49,237 nucleotides of DNA from Bacilli bacterium (GCA_017461465.1 JAFTYN010000152.1:1-49237); one strand, 5' to 3'; shown: positions 18,187 to 25,635, counted from the first letter of the stretch. The notes: generated by a model from the letters alone, not told the origin. Program-made: numbers and translations.

Positions 18187-18580
18187 ATTCTACCTCACAA
18201 CTTTCTGTAAATCTTATATTATTTTCATCTTGAAATTTATAAGTATAATTATTATTTTTTCTAGTAATAACTATTACTGTATCATTAGAAATGCACATTT
18301 CATTAATTGGATTAATAACATCTACTTCTATAAATCCACCTAGTTTTAAATCTCCTAAAGTTATATATACATAATCGCCATCTACGGTAGGAAGCTCCAT
18401 CATATTAGATGCTCCATAATCTTTAGCAGCACTTAATATTACCTCTTTTTGATTTTCATAACCTTTTTCTCTAGTTGACTTAATAACTGCATCTATAGTT
18501 GGTATTGTTATGAGCGCTAAAACACCAATTAGTGTTATGACTGCTAAAATTTCTACTAAAGTAAATCCTCTATTTCTCAT
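18176..18580 (-). CDS. prepilin-type (type IV pilin-like) protein, first gene of pilin operon
   Basis: MRNRG|FTLVEILAVITLIGVLALITIP with two Cys (EMCISN...ESCE) typical of a pilin D-region. It overlaps the next gene by 11 nt. Confidence 0.8.
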   Translation of the reverse strand: MRNRGFTLVEILAVITLIGVLALITIPTIDAVIKSTREKGYENQKEVILSAAKDYGASNMMELPTVDGDYVYITLGDLKLGGFIEVDVINPINEMCISNDTVIVITRKNNNYTYKFQDENNIRFTESCEVEYEK

Positions 18581-18596
18581 ATTATCACCTAGTATA

Positions 18597-18605
18597 ATTA
18601 TAGCA
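18597..18605 (-). promoter_or_regulatory. extended -10 promoter (TGCTATAAT) of pilin operon
   Basis: Minus strand reads ATATGCTATAATTATACTAGGTGATAATATG. It lies just downstream of the symporter terminator. Confidence 0.45.
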
Positions 18606-18641
18606 TATAAATACTAAAAGAGGTAGAAAAAAAGAAAGAAC

Positions 18642-19838
18642 TTAATCTTTCTTTGTATACTTATCTATTAACATGCAAGATGTTATATCTCCTGTTACAT
18701 TAAGCATAGTTGCAGGTGCATCAATAAGCCATCCTATTGTTGATATTATGATAAATGCTTCAGCTGGAAAACCATATAGTGATACTATAAGCATCTCCCC
18801 AATTAAACCGCCTCCTGGAATACCAGACATAACTACACCACTTAATACTGAAATTAATAATGCAATTATATATGAATCTATACCAATATTAGTATATCCA
18901 AAAATACTAAATAAAAACAATATTTTCAAAATAGAGCCCATACATGAACCTTCCATGTGGATAGTTGATCCTATTGGAAGCGCTACATTACTTACATCTT
19001 TATCTATATTCATCTTTGATGCTACTTCCATATTGGTAGGTAAACTTGCTAAAGAAGACTGTGTAGCTAAGCTTGTTAAAATAGATGGGAAAATATTCTT
19101 ATAAAAGTTTTTTACTCCTCTTTTTCCAGAAGCAATATAACTATATATAGTATAAATTATTAAAAAGTAAATAATAGTGGCCATAATATATAAAACTAGC
19201 GTTTTGGCGTAACTTCCAACAAATTCTGGACCTAAATTAGATACTAATGAAGCAAAATATGCAAATATTCCTACTGGAGCATAATACATTACTATCTTTA
19301 CCATTTTCATCATAGTATCAGCTAGTGTATTAAATATTTTACCAACTATTTTCTTATCTTTTTCTACTAAATTTAATGCTATTCCAAATATAATAGAAAA
19401 TATTATAAGAGCAAGCATATTACTTCTAGAAAGTAAATTATTAAAATCACTTACAGTAAGAGCAGAAGCTATTTGCTCAAGTACACTTACTTTTTCTACA
19501 CTACTTTTAATAAGTTCAATGTTAGGTGTTGTAACTGGAAATAAAAGACTAAATAAGAGCATTATTAATGATGCTATGAAACTAGTTATTATAAATATAA
19601 TAAATGTATTTCTTAATATTTTTGTCAGTCTTTTTATACTAGACATATTACTTATACTTGATACTATTGTTGTAAATACTAGTGGTACTACCAAGGTAAA
19701 CATTAAATTTAAAAATATATCACCAAGTGGTTTTATGTTTTCTGAAAAGTTTGGAAAAAATATTCCTACTATACTACCAAGTATCATTGATACTATAAGT
19801 AATATTGGAAATATATAATTTTTTATTTTCTTATTCAT
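18642..19838 (-). CDS. dicarboxylate/amino acid:cation symporter (DAACS/SLC1 family)
   Basis: 398-aa polytopic protein with ATQSSLASLPT (the SSxxxLP motif) and GGGLIGEML/IDAPATMLNVTGD-like reentrant-loop motifs. Confidence 0.75.
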   Translation of the reverse strand: MNKKIKNYIFPILLIVSMILGSIVGIFFPNFSENIKPLGDIFLNLMFTLVVPLVFTTIVSSISNMSSIKRLTKILRNTFIIFIITSFIASLIMLLFSLLFPVTTPNIELIKSSVEKVSVLEQIASALTVSDFNNLLSRSNMLALIIFSIIFGIALNLVEKDKKIVGKIFNTLADTMMKMVKIVMYYAPVGIFAYFASLVSNLGPEFVGSYAKTLVLYIMATIIYFLIIYTIYSYIASGKRGVKNFYKNIFPSILTSLATQSSLASLPTNMEVASKMNIDKDVSNVALPIGSTIHMEGSCMGSILKILFLFSIFGYTNIGIDSYIIALLISVLSGVVMSGIPGGGLIGEMLIVSLYGFPAEAFIIISTIGWLIDAPATMLNVTGDITSCMLIDKYTKKD

Positions 19839-19886
19839 ATAACCTCCTATTAGAGTATATTACTTAGAAAAATAAAAAATGCTTAA

Positions 19887-21140
19887 CTAAAAGTTAAGCA
19901 TTATCCATTCTGGTTTAAATATTAATAGTAAGCCTATAATAATCATTATTATACCGCCAACTAAATGTGCAAATTTACTATATTTTGTAGTAACACCACT
20001 TATCTTTAAAGTTAACATTGCTATTATAAATATAGCTAAATCATCTATCAAGAAAAATAATATATATATTAAAATATATCCTATTTTCATTAATCCATCT
20101 ATATTATTTAATTCTAGTATTGTAATAAAGATAGTTGGAAAGCCAGCTGAGCAAGCAAGTTCTACTAAGTTAACACTAGCTGCTAAAGCTATTATACCAA
20201 TTAGAGCTATAAGTAGGTTTTGCTCTGCTGTCAAAGCTTTTATTTTTGTAAAATACTTCTTTCTTTTCTTTTCATCAACCACATGGCATCCATCTTCTTT
20301 GGCTGTTAAATAACTTCTTAAGTTAAGAACGCCTCCTATAATGGCAACTAAAGCAATTATTCTTCTTACCCATGTTATAGCTGCAAAACTAAGTACTACT
20401 GATAATCCTAACATTGCTAAGAAATAAACAAATGCTGATGTTACTAAGAATGTTGTTCCTAAAAGCCACATTTTCTTTCTATTTTTCATATTAAATAACA
20501 TATTAATTAGAAATAATAAAATCCAAAGTGCACATGGGTTAAAACCATCTATAAATCCTAATATAATAGCAATTAATGGTATTGATGCTTCTTTAGCATC
20601 TATTTTTCCCAATAAAGGAATATCATATTCTGTATTTTCTTTTTTCTTTGTTTCTTCTTTTTCTTCTAACTTAGGTTCTTCATCTATTTCTTCTTTTGGT
20701 TCTTCTAAAGCTGGTGTTTCTACTTCAGTATTATCATTATAATAACTATCTAAAGTTGCTTTCATTCTTGAACCAATAGAAGCCATGTATCCATTAAAAA
20801 ATTCATCACCTATAACAGTAAAAGGCACTCCAGTAGAAGTAGAGCCCATTCTATCTTTGGCAATTTTCATATAATCATAATTAGTACCAGAAGATACTTC
20901 GTAACTTCTAATAACTAAGTTCGGATAATCTTTTTTGATACTTTCTAAAAACTTTTTTTCTGCTTTACAGTGAGAACAAGTATCACTATGAAAAAAATAT
21001 ATAGTTACAGTTTCACTTTTCTTTTCTCCAACAATATCATAGATTTTATCTTCAAACTGCTTAGCATTTACTAATTGAGGAAATATTAAAAATGATATTA
21101 CTAATAAAAATGTTAATAAATATTTCTTTAATTTATTCAT
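19887..21140 (-). CDS. secreted thioredoxin/glutaredoxin-fold domain (CSHC) fused to a CcdA/DsbD-like polytopic membrane domain
   Basis: Signal peptide ending in VNA. The Trx-like fold shows FFHSDTCSHCKAEKKF and a cis-Pro GVPFTVIG. A Glu/Lys linker leads to about 6 TM helices with membrane-embedded Cys in GFNPCALWILLF and ELACSAGFP. Confidence 0.55.
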   Translation of the reverse strand: MNKLKKYLLTFLLVISFLIFPQLVNAKQFEDKIYDIVGEKKSETVTIYFFHSDTCSHCKAEKKFLESIKKDYPNLVIRSYEVSSGTNYDYMKIAKDRMGSTSTGVPFTVIGDEFFNGYMASIGSRMKATLDSYYNDNTEVETPALEEPKEEIDEEPKLEEKEETKKKENTEYDIPLLGKIDAKEASIPLIAIILGFIDGFNPCALWILLFLINMLFNMKNRKKMWLLGTTFLVTSAFVYFLAMLGLSVVLSFAAITWVRRIIALVAIIGGVLNLRSYLTAKEDGCHVVDEKKRKKYFTKIKALTAEQNLLIALIGIIALAASVNLVELACSAGFPTIFITILELNNIDGLMKIGYILIYILFFLIDDLAIFIIAMLTLKISGVTTKYSKFAHLVGGIIMIIIGLLLIFKPEWIMLNF

Positions 21141-21393
21141 ACTTTTTTATAACACTTTCTATATCTTCAAATTTCTTTTCCCCTATTAATCTTTCTAGTT
21201 CAGTATCATCTTTATAAAATATAGTAACTGGAAGTATATCTCCAATATTATATTTTTTTACTTCTTCTTCATCCATATCTAAGTCTAAACTTTTTACTTC
21301 TATATTAGGATACTCTTTATTAATTTTATCCCATACTTTATGCATCACAATACATCCAGGGCACCACATAGCCCCTATTTTTATTACTTTCAT
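21133..21393 (-). CDS. small cytoplasmic thioredoxin
   Basis: 86 aa with the WCPGC active site and no signal peptide. It overlaps the downstream gene by 8 nt. Confidence 0.8.
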   Translation of the reverse strand: MKVIKIGAMWCPGCIVMHKVWDKINKEYPNIEVKSLDLDMDEEEVKKYNIGDILPVTIFYKDDTELERLIGEKKFEDIESVIKKYE

Positions 21394-21401
21394 TTAATCA
21401 C

Positions 21402-22013
21402 CTATTTAATCTTTATTCCTAGTAACAATGCCAAATCAACAGCTTGATACATATTAACAGTTAAACCTCTTATATTATTAGGATTAACAATTATACCTTC
21501 TATTTTACTATTAGATAAATCTAATTTATTTAAATTAGTATCTATAAATTCACTTTCATTTAAATTACATTCATCAAAATCTACATCTTTAAAACTAGTT
21601 TCATTAAAACTACTTTTCTCTAGTTCAGAATTAATAAATCTTATATTTTTTAGTTTAGCAAATGAAAAATTAGAGTAAGTCATTTTACAGTTTTTAAATT
21701 CTACATTGCTTAATGATGAACCTGAAAAATCAATTCCTACCAAATTACATTCATTAAATATAACTCTATGAATAGCACTATCATTAAAGCTTGAATTTGT
21801 TAGATTACTATTATTTATAGTCGTATCTAAAACCGAAGCTTTATTTAGTTTTTGATCGCTCATAGTTAAATTATTAAATACACATTCATCTAATTCAATA
21901 TTTTTAATATTTGTAATTATCTCATTATTAAATATACCAGTTATTTTTTCTTCTTTTAAATCTAACTTTTTTATTTCCAAATCAAATACTTTAGGATTAA
22001 TTATTTTTACCAT
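21402..22013 (-). CDS. pentapeptide-repeat protein
   Basis: Tandem A(D/N)LxX-type pentads, for example NLTNSSFNDSAIHRVIFNECNLVGIDFSGSSLSNVEFKNCKMTYSNFSFAKLKN. Confidence 0.75.
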   Translation of the reverse strand: MVKIINPKVFDLEIKKLDLKEEKITGIFNNEIITNIKNIELDECVFNNLTMSDQKLNKASVLDTTINNSNLTNSSFNDSAIHRVIFNECNLVGIDFSGSSLSNVEFKNCKMTYSNFSFAKLKNIRFINSELEKSSFNETSFKDVDFDECNLNESEFIDTNLNKLDLSNSKIEGIIVNPNNIRGLTVNMYQAVDLALLLGIKIK

Positions 22014-23133
22014 TTAATGTAAGTTCCTTAATACATTTATCAAAAATTTCTATAAACTTATCTAATTCATCTTTTGTAGTTAAATAAGATAAACTTATTC
22101 TTAAACTTGATTTAGCCCTAGCTTCATCTTTAGTTAAATCAAGTACACTTTTAGATAAACTATTAGAAGAAGAACATGCTGTTTGAGTAGATATATATAC
22201 TTCATGTTTTTCAAGTGCATGTAAGAATGTTTCAGGTTTAATATTAATTATACTTATATTAAGAATATAAGGTATACACTTATCATTACTATTAATATAA
22301 ACATTATCATATTTATTTAGTTTTTCTTTTAGATAATTATTAAGTTCTAAAACTTTATTATATTTATTTTCCATATCATCACATGCTAATCTTAAGGCTT
22401 TTGCTAAAGATACTATTAATGGATGTGCTGGAGTTCCACTTCTAAAAATAGTAGTAGATTTACCACCATGTATAAGTGGTTCTATCACTATTTTTTCTTT
22501 TTTTATTAATCCACCAATACCTTTTATACCAAAAAATTTATGAGCAGAAAAAGATGCTAAATCAACATTTTCTAAGTTTATATCAACTTTAGATACTGCT
22601 TGAGTTAAATCAACATGATAAAAGCATTTAGGATTTTTCTTAACTATTTTTCCTATTTCTTCAATAGGCTGTAATATTCCTATTTCACTATTTATAGCAT
22701 TAATAGATACTAAAATAGTATCTTCTCTTATTAAACTTTCTAAATGTTTTAAATCTACTAAACCAAATTCATCTGAATCTACAAAATCAACTTCAAAACC
22801 TTCACTTTGTAAATAACTAAGTGGTCCATATATAGAAGAATGTTCATAATGTGTTGTTATAATATGTTTTCCTCTATTTTTATATTTCATACAAACACCT
22901 TTTATAGCTAAGTTGTTTGATTCACTAGATCCACTTGTATATATTATTTCAGTTTCTTTTATTTTAAAGATATCTGCAATTTGTTTAGTTGCACTTTCAA
23001 TTAATTTATTACATCTAACACCTAATGTATGTAAAGAATTAGAATTTCCTGGAAATTCTAAACTTGCTTTAACAAAACTATCAAGTACTTCTTTATTTAC
23101 TGGTGTTGTTGCTGAATAATCTAAATATATCAT
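21997..23133 (-). CDS. cysteine desulfurase (class V aminotransferase, NifS/IscS-like)
   Basis: IYLDYSATTP at the N-terminus, PLP-lysine motif SAHKFFGIKGIGGL, and an active-site Cys region STQTACSS. It overlaps the next gene by 17 nt. Confidence 0.8.
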   Translation of the reverse strand: MIYLDYSATTPVNKEVLDSFVKASLEFPGNSNSLHTLGVRCNKLIESATKQIADIFKIKETEIIYTSGSSESNNLAIKGVCMKYKNRGKHIITTHYEHSSIYGPLSYLQSEGFEVDFVDSDEFGLVDLKHLESLIREDTILVSINAINSEIGILQPIEEIGKIVKKNPKCFYHVDLTQAVSKVDINLENVDLASFSAHKFFGIKGIGGLIKKEKIVIEPLIHGGKSTTIFRSGTPAHPLIVSLAKALRLACDDMENKYNKVLELNNYLKEKLNKYDNVYINSNDKCIPYILNISIINIKPETFLHALEKHEVYISTQTACSSSNSLSKSVLDLTKDEARAKSSLRISLSYLTTKDELDKFIEIFDKCIKELTLNGKNN

Positions 23134-23178
23134 AATATCACCTAGTCATAATTATACCATACAATATATAAAATCTAA

Positions 23179-23204
23179 TAAAAAAACAAAGCAAATTGCT
23201 TTGT
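23179..23204 (-). terminator. rho-independent terminator after 23205..23603
   Basis: Minus strand reads ACAAAGCA-ATT-TGCTTTGT (23186..23204) followed by TTTTTTT. Confidence 0.6.
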
Positions 23205-23603
23205 TTAGTATATACCACATGTTCCGGTTGATGAACCAGATATTTCAAATAATGAAAGTACAAAGTTAAGTAATGATGGTACTAGGAATAATAGACCTAT
23301 TGCTATTAATCTAGTAACAAATCTTTTATTAGCTTTAGCCATACTATCATCATTAGAACCAAATATAGCTTTTACATAATCTGCTATTTGAAGAATTACC
23401 GCTAAAGCAATACCTGCTATTCTAATATAATCTAAAATAGTTTGTAATAGTTCTTTTAATTCTCCACCATCTACAATTTCGCATCCTTCTTTAGCAACTA
23501 ATTCTACTTTTGTTTCAATTTCTACTGCTAAAGCAGGCTCTACCAAAATAAATATTAATAATCCAATAAATAAAATATTATACCATTTAAAAAACTTCTT
23601 CAT
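23205..23603 (-). CDS. secreted protein consisting of signal peptide + Cys-flanked two-helix membrane hairpin, C-terminus GTCGIY (unknown family; VirB2/TrbC-like topology)
   Basis: Preferred start MKKFFKW at 23603 (TAATG overlap with the upstream stop). Signal peptide ends ...EPALA. The segment EGCEIV...ELLQTILDYIRIAGIALAVILQIADYVKAIFGSNDDSMAKANKRFVTRLIAIGLLFLVPSLLNFVLSLF...GTCGIY is roughly 80% identical at DNA level (by eye) to the 3' end of 24073..25179. Confidence 0.6.
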   Translation of the reverse strand: MKKFFKWYNILFIGLLIFILVEPALAVEIETKVELVAKEGCEIVDGGELKELLQTILDYIRIAGIALAVILQIADYVKAIFGSNDDSMAKANKRFVTRLIAIGLLFLVPSLLNFVLSLFEISGSSTGTCGIY

Positions 23604-23995
23604 TAAAAACCACACTCTAAATTTACTTTCATTTCATAATCATCCTCTGTATAAGGATTTTGTGGATATATTATAACATAAGTTTCGTTATAATTACATT
23701 GTTTTTTAGTTTGATTATTAACAAATTCTTTTGGATCTTCATAATAAATAGCGGAAATAAGTTCTGATAAACCAACTTTCATTCCGTCCTCTGTATAACT
23801 ACCTAACTCATCTACATTATTAACAGTAGGTAAATATACTTTTTGATAATATGTTGCACCTAATACACCAAGTTTATTTTTTAATCTTTCCTCTTGATTA
23901 TCATGCTCAATACTTTTTCTAGCTATACCAAGAACCATAGTTGCTGCAAGCATTATAGCAAATATAATTATAGGTTTCTTAAAATCAGTCTGCAT
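23603..23995 (-). CDS. bitopic membrane protein ending in ECGF, paralogue of 25182..25601 (function unknown)
   Basis: Preferred start MQTDFKK at 23995 (AGGAGG lies 8 nt upstream; the ORF-track start at 24013 is TTG). One TM helix, then a domain with two conserved Cys (KKQCNY...LECGF). Confidence 0.6.
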   Translation of the reverse strand: MQTDFKKPIIIFAIMLAATMVLGIARKSIEHDNQEERLKNKLGVLGATYYQKVYLPTVNNVDELGSYTEDGMKVGLSELISAIYYEDPKEFVNNQTKKQCNYNETYVIIYPQNPYTEDDYEMKVNLECGF

Positions 23996-24045
23996 ATATA
24001 ATTCCTCCTGCAATATAAGTATAATATATTTTTAAAAGAAAAGCA

Positions 24046-24074
24046 AAGAAAAAACCAAAGTTAAACTTTGGTTT
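24046..24074 (-). terminator. rho-independent terminator after 24073..25179, overlapping its stop
   Basis: Minus strand reads AAACCAAAG-TTTAA-CTTTGGTTT followed by TTTTCTTT. Confidence 0.6.
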
Positions 24075-25179
24075 AAAAAATTCCACATGTTCCAGCTTCG
24101 GCAGCATCTAAGATATTAAATAATGAAAGTACAAAGTTTAATATTGAAGGTATTAAAAATAATATTCCTATTGCTATTAATCTAGTTGAAAAACGTTTAT
24201 TTGCTTTAGCCATTCCATCATCTGATGAACCAAATATCGCCTTTATATAGTCCGCTATTTGAAGAATTACAGCAAGGGATATACCAGCTATTCTAATATA
24301 ATCTAAAATAGTTTGCAATAATTCAGTAAGTTCTGAAGATAATAAAGCACACCCCTCTTTAGCTTCCATATCTACATCAACACTTATATTAACGCCATCT
24401 GATTTAGTACCCCCACCACTTTTTTTATCTTCTTCTGTTTGTGGTTTATTTTGTTCTTCTAAAGTTTCTGCATCTGGCGTTTCAGAACCAACTACTGTTG
24501 TACTCATTCCACCTTGAGAAGTTTTAGAAATACCACATGTAGGTGTTCCACCTCTTTCAGTACAATTCAAATGAAGCGAAGGACAACTTAATTTACCATT
24601 TGAACCTACAAAGTCACTTGCTTTAATTTCACTACTACCTACTTGATATTTACTAGTTAATTCTGATTCTAGTGTTTTACCATCAGTATGGAAGGTCACC
24701 TTTCCACCATAACTACAGCTTATTCTTTCTGTTTTTGGTTCATCTTCTTTAACTTCAGTTAATGGTTTATTATTGTTCGTTGAATCACTAGTCAAAGCTA
24801 TTTTTGATGCTCCTGACTGACTAGTAAATGTTAAAGAATATGTTGCTGATCTACCACTCGAAGATGTTATTTTTTGATATAAAGTGCTAGGACAAGATAG
24901 TTTATTTGTTGACTTATTAATAAAGTTAGCTGATGTTATATTGTCCATATTATTTGTTACTGAACCACCTGCTATATTTTGAGTTGGGACACATGACTTT
25001 TTTAAATCAGCTGTACCTGTTCCAGTTGCTTCTAGAGAAAAAGTGCATTTAAAAAGCCCAACATTATAAACACACGTAGCACATGAATATTTATTGCAGT
25101 CACCTGCATTAGCTACATCAATATTAACAAAAAATGCTAAAAATAATAAAAATAATAAAAACTTAAAATTCCTTTTCAT
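24073..25179 (-). CDS. secreted Cys-rich protein with C-terminal Cys-flanked two-helix membrane hairpin, C-terminus GTCGIF
   Basis: Preferred start MKRNFKF at 25179. Signal peptide ends ...VANA. The roughly 270-aa Cys/Ser/Thr-rich ectodomain carries an internal duplication (ITSANFINKSTNKLSCPS / IKASDFVGSNGKLSCPS). An acidic linker is followed by the same hairpin module as 23205..23603. Confidence 0.6.
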   Translation of the reverse strand: MKRNFKFLLFLLFLAFFVNIDVANAGDCNKYSCATCVYNVGLFKCTFSLEATGTGTADLKKSCVPTQNIAGGSVTNNMDNITSANFINKSTNKLSCPSTLYQKITSSSGRSATYSLTFTSQSGASKIALTSDSTNNNKPLTEVKEDEPKTERISCSYGGKVTFHTDGKTLESELTSKYQVGSSEIKASDFVGSNGKLSCPSLHLNCTERGGTPTCGISKTSQGGMSTTVVGSETPDAETLEEQNKPQTEEDKKSGGGTKSDGVNISVDVDMEAKEGCALLSSELTELLQTILDYIRIAGISLAVILQIADYIKAIFGSSDDGMAKANKRFSTRLIAIGILFLIPSILNFVLSLFNILDAAEAGTCGIF

Positions 25180-25181
25180 AA

Positions 25182-25601
25182 CTAAAACCCACATTCTAAT
25201 TGATATTCTATTTCATAATCCTTTTTTTGGTATGGTTCCTTTGGATAAATAACTACATAACTTTTATCATAATCACATTTTTCATTTACTTTTTCATTAA
25301 TAAAAAATTCAGGATCTTCATTATATACATTTAGAATTAAAGTTCCTAAATCAACTTTTATTCCAATATCCTTTAATATATCTAGATATTCTTCTTTTTC
25401 TCCATCGATTGAGTCATAATAAATTTCTTCATAATACACAACTCCTAAACTCTCTAGTCGATAATTTAGTTCATCTTCTTTATTTCCTTTACCTAAAAGA
25501 CTAGAACCAATCATTAAGGCAATTGAAATAATAATAAAAACTATTAATAAAATTATTTTTGTTCTGTTTTCTTCTAAAAAATCACTAAAACTATAATCCA
25601 T
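25182..25601 (-). CDS. bitopic membrane protein ending in ECGF, paralogue of 23603..23995
   Basis: Preferred start MDYSFSDF at 25601 (AGGAG lies 8 nt upstream). One TM helix, then GIKVDLGTLILNVYNEDPEFF...NEKCDYDKSYVVIYPKEPY...YQLECGF. Confidence 0.6.
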   Translation of the reverse strand: MDYSFSDFLEENRTKIILLIVFIIISIALMIGSSLLGKGNKEDELNYRLESLGVVYYEEIYYDSIDGEKEEYLDILKDIGIKVDLGTLILNVYNEDPEFFINEKVNEKCDYDKSYVVIYPKEPYQKKDYEIEYQLECGF

Positions 25602-25625
25602 ACTTATTACTCCTATTCTAAAAAC

Positions 25626-25634
25626 ATTATAACA
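25626..25634 (-). promoter_or_regulatory. extended -10 promoter (TGTTATAAT) of the 25601..24073 unit
   Basis: Minus strand reads TTTATGTTATAATGTTTTTAGAATAGGAG, immediately after the upstream terminator. Confidence 0.45.
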
Positions 25635-25635
25635 T

